DNA of 64,000 bases from an uncultured Thermoleophilia bacterium (GTDB lineage: Bacteria > Actinomycetota > Thermoleophilia > UBA2241), in assembly GCA_963696935.1 (NCBI GenBank), contig CAVOMB010000060.1, positions 1,704 to 65,703 on the forward strand. Reading direction: 5' to 3'. Below are positions 57,768 to 64,000 of this stretch, in pieces. Each line of letters opens with the position of its first letter. Position 1 is the first letter of the stretch. The notes below the pieces were generated by a model. It had not been told where the DNA came from. It saw nothing but the letters and a program-made list of their open reading frames with translations, and ran no database searches. The translations under genes were made by a program, and so were the position numbers.

Positions 57768-60700
57768 ATGCCGCCGCCCAGCTCGTACCCGGGGATCCGG
57801 CCGTGCGCGGCCGCCGCGCCTCCATCCGCGGCCGCTTCAGCTGCTGCGCCCGCGGTGCCCTCATCCGCGGCGCCGGCGTCCTGCGTCTTCCCCTCGATGT
57901 CTATGCGCGGCAGCCACCCCAGCCAGTGCGGCATCCACCAGTAGCGGTCGCCGATCAGCGAGATCATCGCCGGCGCCACGATCACCCGCACCACGAACGC
58001 GTCCAGCAGCACGGCGATCGCCAGGCCGAACCCGAGCTCCTGCAGCACCACCATCTGCCCGCTCCCCATGCCCATGAACACGGCCACCATGATCAGCGCG
58101 GCGCCGGTGATGATGCCGGCCGTGGACTGTACCCCGAACACCACCGACTCGCGGCTCTCGCGCGTCTCGTACCAGCGCTCGCGGATGCGGCTGAGCAGGA
58201 ACACCTGGTAGTCCATGCTCAGCCCGAACAGCACGCAGAACATCAGCAGCGGCACCCACGACTCGATCGACTCGACCTTGGTCAGCCCCACCACGTCGGC
58301 GCCCCAGCCGTGCTGGAACACCAGAGTCAGGGCGCCGTAGGCCGCGCCGACGGAGAGCAGGTTCATCACGATCGCCGTGGCCGAGACGATCACCGAGCGG
58401 AAGGCGAGCAGCAACAGGAGGAAGCTGAGCGCGAGGACGACGCCGATGACGATGGGCATGTAGTGGTCGGTCAGGTCGGTGGAGTCGATCTGCGCGGCCG
58501 TGTTGCCGCCCACGTACACCTGGGCGCCTGTGCCGGCGAACGCCTCGGGCACGAGCGTCGAGCGCAGGTCACGCACGGCGGTCTTGGCCTTCTCGGACAT
58601 CGCGTCCGAGTCCTGCACCATCTGGAGCATGGCCAGGGAGCCGTCGGCGCTGGTGGAGAGGCCGGTGACGGTAAACCGCCCGTCCTCCTTGACCTTGGCG
58701 ACAAAGTCCTTGAGCCCCTCCTGGACCCTGGCGTCGCCGATGTCGCCGTCGATCACCACGCTGGTCGGCTCGCTCATGCCGGCGGCGAAGTCGCGCTGCA
58801 GCATGTCGAGCCCCTGCTTGGAGGTGTAGGAGTCGGGGAAGGTGGCGGCGCTCAGCCCGCCGCTGCGCATGGTGAGCGCCGGGGCCGCGATGGCGAGCAG
58901 CAGGATGATGCCGAGGGTGAGGCTCACGGCGGGCCGCCGCATGACGCGCCGCGCCATCCTGCCCCACCAGCCGTGCTCGCCGTGGCTGCGCCCGTAGCGG
59001 TCCAGCCACGGCACCTTGAGCGCGTCGACCTTGTCGCCGAGCAGCGAGAGCATGGCCGGCAGCAGCGTCAGCGCGGCGGCCACGGCGGCGAAGACCGCGC
59101 TCATCGCCCCGACGCCGAGACTGACGAAGATCGAGAGCGGGACGATCAGCATGCCGACCAGCGCCAGCACCACGGTCATGCCGCTGAAGAACACGGCGTT
59201 GGACGCTGTCGCCGACGCCGCCGCGATGGCCGCCATCTTGTCGAGGCCCCCGCGGCGCTCCTCGCGGTACCGCGAGACGATGAACAGGGAGTAGTCGATG
59301 CCGACGGCGAGCCCGGTCGCGGTCAGGATGTTCAGCGCGAACACCGAGAAGCTCGAAAACCTGTCCGATGAGAATGGTGATGGCCAAGCCGGTGACGATG
59401 GAGACGAGGCTGAGTACCAGCGGCAGGCCGGCGGCAACGAGCGCGCCGAACACCAGCACCAGGATGACGAGCGCCGCGGGGATGCCGATGGCCTCGCCGC
59501 GGCGCAGGTCCTTGCCGCTCAAGTCCTGCGCGTCCTTGTAGAGCGCCGCCGCGCCGGTCACGGCCACCTGGAACTGCGGCTGCGCATTCGCCTGCTCCAC
59601 AATCGCGTAGACTCCGTCTATATGGTCCATGGCCTGGTCGGTCGGGGTGGAGAGCTCCAGCTTGAGCAGCGTGGTGTGCAGGTCCTTCGCGGTCAGGCCG
59701 TCGCGCACCGCGGGGTCGACGCCGCTGTCGTAGCGGCTGAGCACGCTGACCACGTCGGTCTCGGGCAGCGCGTCGAGCTGGTCGCGGATGTGCAGCACCT
59801 CGGCCTTGAAGGCCGGCTCGCTCACGGTGAGCGTGGGGCTGTGGACGATGACGACCTCGCTGTCGTGGCTGCTGAGGGTGCCGACCGACTGGAGCGCACT
59901 GTCGAGCTTGCCGGCGCCACTCGAGGCCGAGGCGAGACTCTGGGTCAGCTTGGCGGCCCCCGAGGTGACGGTGCCGCTGCTCTTCGCGAGCTTGCCGGAG
60001 CCGGCGGCCGCGCCGCTGACGCCGGAGGCGAGCTTGCCGGTCCCGGAGGCGAGCTGCTGCTGGCCGGCGGCGATCTGCTGCGAGCCGGCGGCGGCGGAGC
60101 CGACCCCGCCGGCGAGGGCCGCGCCGCCCGAGGCCAGCTTGCCCATGCTCTGGCCCAGGGTGCGCGCGCCGGAGGCGCTCCGGCTGATGCCGGAGCTGAG
60201 CCGGCGCGCGGCCGACGCCACGCCTGCGGCGCCGGAGGCCACCTGATCGGCGCCGGAGGCCACCGACGAGGCTCCGGCGCTCGCCTGCTGCAGACCTGAG
60301 GCCAGCCCCGACGTGCCGCTCTTGAGCTGTCCGGCCAGGCCCATGATCTGCTGGTACGCGGAGTCGGAGGCCCAGTCGGGGTGCGCCTGCGCGTAGGCGT
60401 TGACGAGCTGGTCGAGCGTCGACGCCCCGCCGGCGAGCTGGTCCGCCGTCGAGGCGGCCGTCTTCACCCCCTGCGCGGTGGAGCCGGCGCCGGAGGCGAG
60501 GCTCTTGGCCCCGCTCGCAACCTCGCCGGCGGCGGAGGAGAGCTGGGAGCCGCCGCTCGAGAGCTGCGAGAGCCCGCCGCTGAACGTGCCCGTCGCGCCG
60601 CTCACCTTCTGCAGCCCGGAGCTGAGGCTGCTCGCGCCCTGCGATGCGGTGACGAGGCCGCTGCTCAACTGACTGGCGCCGGCGCTGGCCGACTTCGAGC

Positions 60701-61106
60701 CGTTGCTCACCTTGCCCGCGCCTTTGGCTAGCTTGTTCAGGCCGCGGTGTAACTGCTTCGCTCCCGAGGTCACGGACTTCGACCCCTTCGCGAGCTTGCG
60801 CGCGCCGGTGTGCGCGCTGTCCAGGCCGTCGGCGAGGCCCTGCACGGCCGCGCCGGCCTGCGCCAGCGAGCTGCCGGCGTTGCCGCCGTGCTGCTGGATC
60901 AGGTCGGAGGCCTTCTTCGAGGCCGGCTCGTTGAGGAACCGGGACGAGGAGGTGAACACCCCGCCCAGGGTCAGGTACACGGTGCCGGCGGCTACCAGGG
61001 CGACCAGCCAGACGCCGATCGTCCACCACGGGTGCCGCGCGCAGGCCAGGGATACGCGCTGTGTGAACCCGCCCCTGCGGCCATTGGCGCCCCTACCGTT
61101 GCTCAC
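57764..61106 (-). CDS. MMPL-family RND transporter with a long heptad-repeat insertion; frameshift near 59350
   Basis: RHPWWTIGVW, GLAVGIDYSLFIVSRYREE, FGLSMDYQVFLLSRIRE, LLDAFVVR; GASQLSSG-type repeats at ~59.9-60.9 kb. Confidence 0.88.
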
Positions 61107-61404
61107 AGCAGCGCCGGCCCAGCCGCGTCGCGCAAAGCGCAAATCACCATAGTGAACGCAAACATGATTCGCAGTATGCCCGCTACCCCCAGTCGGTGGC
61201 AACCTGCCGTCCCGAGCCGTGCCGGGGGGGCGACCACCACGGAGGGGAACATGTGCTCGGGGGGTCAACGCCACAAATGGCGCCACATCTGACGTCACAG
61301 GTGGCGCTTACCCCGAGGAGGCACTACCCGGACGGCGGAGGTGAGCCGACGGCCATGGAGCCGGAGCAAGGCACCGGCGGCGGGCGCCCTCGCCGGCCGC
61401 GCGG

Positions 61405-62328
61405 CTAGGCCAGGGCGGTGACGAAACGCGAGAGCTCGTCGTCCTCGCCACGCAGCACGGCCAGGTACCGCTCGCGCAGCCGCTCCGTCAGCGGTCCGAC
61501 GGCGGCGTCGTTGACGACCCGGGCGTCCACCTCGATCACCGGAGCGATGTAGGTGGACGTACCGCAGGCGAACACCTCGTCGGCGATGTACAGCTCGGTG
61601 AGATCCACCTCGCGTTCGTGCGCGGGCACGCCCATGCTCTCCGCGAGCGAGAGCACCGTGCTGCGGTTGATGCCCTCGAGCAGGTCCTGTGCCGTGCTCG
61701 GTGTGATGAGCGCGCCGCCGCGGACGATGAAGATGTTGGCGGCGCTCAGCTCGCAGACGTGGCCGGCGGCGTCGAGGAAGATGCAGTCGTCGTAGCCGCT
61801 GTCGATGGCGTCTTGCTTGGCCAGCACCGAGTTGACGTAGGCGCCGTTGACCTTGGCCCGCGACGGGATCGAGTAGTCGGGGATGCGGCGCCAGACGCTC
61901 GTCTTGAGTCTGGCGCCGTCCAGCGGCAGGATCGGCTCGGCCCCGTAGACGAACATGCTGAGCCGCGTGCTGATGCCGCGCGAGCGCGTCCCCGGCAGCT
62001 CCGCGTCCACGTGCACGCTCACGCGCACGAAGATGTCCTCGGTGATCTGGTTGGCGCGCACGACCTCGGCCAGGGCCGCCTCGAAGCGCTCCTCGCTCCA
62101 GGCTGGCTCCCACGTGTCGATGCCGATGATGCGCTCCGAGTTGACCAGCCGGCGGTAGTGGTCCGAGAGGCGGAAGCCCAGGGGGGTGCCGTCGCGGGAC
62201 ACCGTCACCGGCAGGACGGTGTACACGCTGAGGCCGTAGAGCACCGCGGCGCTTGTGATGCTCAGGCCGGCGTCCTCCACGGGGATGAGACCGTCTCCGA
62301 ACCAGGCCTGGGGATAGACGCGTGCCAT
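61405..62328 (-). CDS. ilvE: Branched-chain amino acid aminotransferase (class IV PLP)
   Basis: AKVNGAYVNS, GYDDCIFLD, ELSAANIF, LLEGINR, EVFACGT. Confidence 0.88.
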   Translation of the reverse strand: MARVYPQAWFGDGLIPVEDAGLSITSAAVLYGLSVYTVLPVTVSRDGTPLGFRLSDHYRRLVNSERIIGIDTWEPAWSEERFEAALAEVVRANQITEDIFVRVSVHVDAELPGTRSRGISTRLSMFVYGAEPILPLDGARLKTSVWRRIPDYSIPSRAKVNGAYVNSVLAKQDAIDSGYDDCIFLDAAGHVCELSAANIFIVRGGALITPSTAQDLLEGINRSTVLSLAESMGVPAHEREVDLTELYIADEVFACGTSTYIAPVIEVDARVVNDAAVGPLTERLRERYLAVLRGEDDELSRFVTALA

Positions 62329-62471
62329 GGCGGGAGTCTTCCAGACGCCCACGGCGGGGGCAAGTGCACGTGGGGCGGGGCGGGCATGGACGAGCCGGGG
62401 CGGCGAGCCCAGGCGAGGGCGGCGAGCCCAGGCACGAGCTCGCCGCCCCGCCGCCTCGTGCCGTCCCGGCC

Positions 62472-62666
62472 TCAGCAGTAGGTGCTGTTGCCGAGCGTGC
62501 AGAGCACCTGGTCTTCGGACGTGAACGTACCCGCGGACGACTCCCTGATCTGGCAGAGGATGTCGCTGGGACATGAATTGACCTGGGCACAGTCGGCGAC
62601 CGTGTGCGCCTCCGCAGGGAACGTGATGCCCTCGAGACACCGGTCGAGGGTGCTCTTGTCTCTCAT
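62472..62666 (-). CDS. Small DUF2795-like protein (paralogue of 50218-50433)
   Basis: RCLEGITFPA..DCAQVNSCP..FTSEDQVLCTLG. Confidence 0.65.
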   Translation of the reverse strand: MRDKSTLDRCLEGITFPAEAHTVADCAQVNSCPSDILCQIRESSAGTFTSEDQVLCTLGNSTYC

Positions 62667-62737
62667 GCCGTCCTCCTGATCGAGCTGAGATGACAGGGAG
62701 GTGATTCCCGCGGCGCGCCGCCACGGGCGGGGCGGCG

Positions 62738-64000
62738 TCAGGGCACGTGGAAGCTGGCGGTGCTGCCGTCCGGCCCGCCGGTGACCTCGAGGCGGGCCTT
62801 GATGACCTGCCGCAGCTCGGGGACGTGACTGATCACGCCCACCAGGCGGCCGGTGTGCTGCAACTGGACCAGCGCCTCCATGGCGAGGTCGAGCGCGCTC
62901 TGGTCGAGGGCCCCGAAGCCCTCGTCGACGAAGATCGTCTCCAGGCGCACCCCGCCCGACTGCGCCTCGACCGCCTCGGCCAGGCCGAGCGCGAGTGAGA
63001 GGGCGGCGAGGAAGCTCTCGCCGCCCGACAGCGTGACCGCCGCCCGCGAGCGGTTGGACCAGGCGTCCGCGACCGCGAGCTCCAAGCCGCTGGCGCGCCG
63101 CAGATCGGTGGTCTCGCGCTGCCGGTGCAGCTCGTACCGCTCGCGGCTCATCGCCCGCAGCCGCTCGCTGGCGGAGACGAGCACGACGTCGAGGTACTTG
63201 CCGAGCACCCAGCGCTGGAACGACACCTTGGCGCCGCCGCCCTCGCCGCTGGCCACGTCCGACAGCCTGCCGACGACCCGGTACAGCTCGTCGACCTCCT
63301 GGTGCTTGCGCGCGAGCTCGTCGAGGGCGGCGCGGACGGCGCGCAGGCCCTGCAGCCGGGCGTCGGCCTGGCCCTGCCGGGACTGCGCCTGCCGCGCCGC
63401 CTCGGCCGCGCCACGATGGGCCGCGTCGAGCGCGCCGAGATCGCCGACGCCGGGGTGCTCGGCGACGGAGGCCAGGGCCTGCGTGAGCTGCCCCCTGGCC
63501 CCTTCGACGTCAGTCTGGTGCCGCTGGACCTCGGCCTCGGCCAGCGCCAGCTCCTCCTCGGCCAGCACCGCGGCTGCGAAGGCCGCCTCATCGGCGAACC
63601 CGTGCTCCTCGAGCGCGGCGGCGAAGAGCGTCCGCGCTTCGGCCTCCGCCCGGGCCTCCCGGCCGGCCGTCTCCTTGGCGGCCGTGAGGTCGTGCTCGGC
63701 CGCCACCTGGTCTTCGCGCGCCTTCGCGTGACCCTTCTGGGCTTTCTCGAACTGCTCCGCGAGCGCGGCCGCCGCCGCGGTCGCCTCGGCCAGCGCACCC
63801 TCGAGAGCCTCGGGCTCGCGCAGGTCCTGAGGCACCCCGGCTGCGAGCTGTGCGGCGACCGCTGCCTTCTCCGCGAGCGCGCCATGTGCGTCGCGCTCCG
63901 CCTGCTGCGCCGTGCCGGCGCGCTTGTCCGCCGTTGCGACAGCCCCGCCGGCCGCGGCGAGCGCCTCTTCACGGTCGGCGGCCGCAGCGATCGCAGCGTC
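62738..64000 (-). CDS. sbcC: SbcC SMC-family ATPase, C-terminal part (5' end outside the window)
   Basis: Coiled coil, TLSGGESFLAALSLALGL, IFVDEGFGALD, VGVISHV. Confidence 0.95.
   Translation of the reverse strand, partial: DAAIAAAADREEALAAAGGAVATADKRAGTAQQAERDAHGALAEKAAVAAQLAAGVPQDLREPEALEGALAEATAAAAALAEQFEKAQKGHAKAREDQVAAEHDLTAAKETAGREARAEAEARTLFAAALEEHGFADEAAFAAAVLAEEELALAEAEVQRHQTDVEGARGQLTQALASVAEHPGVGDLGALDAAHRGAAEAARQAQSRQGQADARLQGLRAVRAALDELARKHQEVDELYRVVGRLSDVASGEGGGAKVSFQRWVLGKYLDVVLVSASERLRAMSRERYELHRQRETTDLRRASGLELAVADAWSNRSRAAVTLSGGESFLAALSLALGLAEAVEAQSGGVRLETIFVDEGFGALDQSALDLAMEALVQLQHTGRLVGVISHVPELRQVIKARLEVTGGPDGSTASFHVP

Overview
High-GC (~70%) bacterial chromosomal window. 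The gene set (GuaB-like IMPDH family, actinobacterial-type L,D-transpeptidases and transketolase, RdgB-rph-murI, smpB-rnr-ctpA-envC-ftsXE) best fits Actinomycetota, probably a Thermoleophilia-like lineage (inference). Housekeeping blocks alternate with accessory material. Highlights: (1) a small integron-type gene-cassette array with no integrase in the window, 3' of guaA (two canonical attC sites, an attI-like junction, and GNAT, hicBA and phd-parE cassettes), ending at an IS110 element that abuts the last R'' box; (2) the 5' end of an MtbB-like dimethylamine:corrinoid methyltransferase, a family that normally uses pyrrolysine, at the left edge, plus scattered C1/corrinoid genes (fae, metF-like, cbiZ); (3) two paralogous Fic + nucleotidyltransferase fusion proteins bracketing an S9 peptidase and an NlpC/P60 hydrolase in one apparent operon; (4) an M-box riboswitch controlling a soluble MgtE-N/CBS protein and two NRMT-type Nramp paralogues; (5) a WxL/DUF916 surface pair, a putative 6S RNA, an unassigned attenuator upstream of guaB, and a pseudogene-rich zone at ~46.8-54.8 kb. 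Many single-base frameshifts suggest assembly error or decay. All calls are by eye from motifs; no database searches were run.
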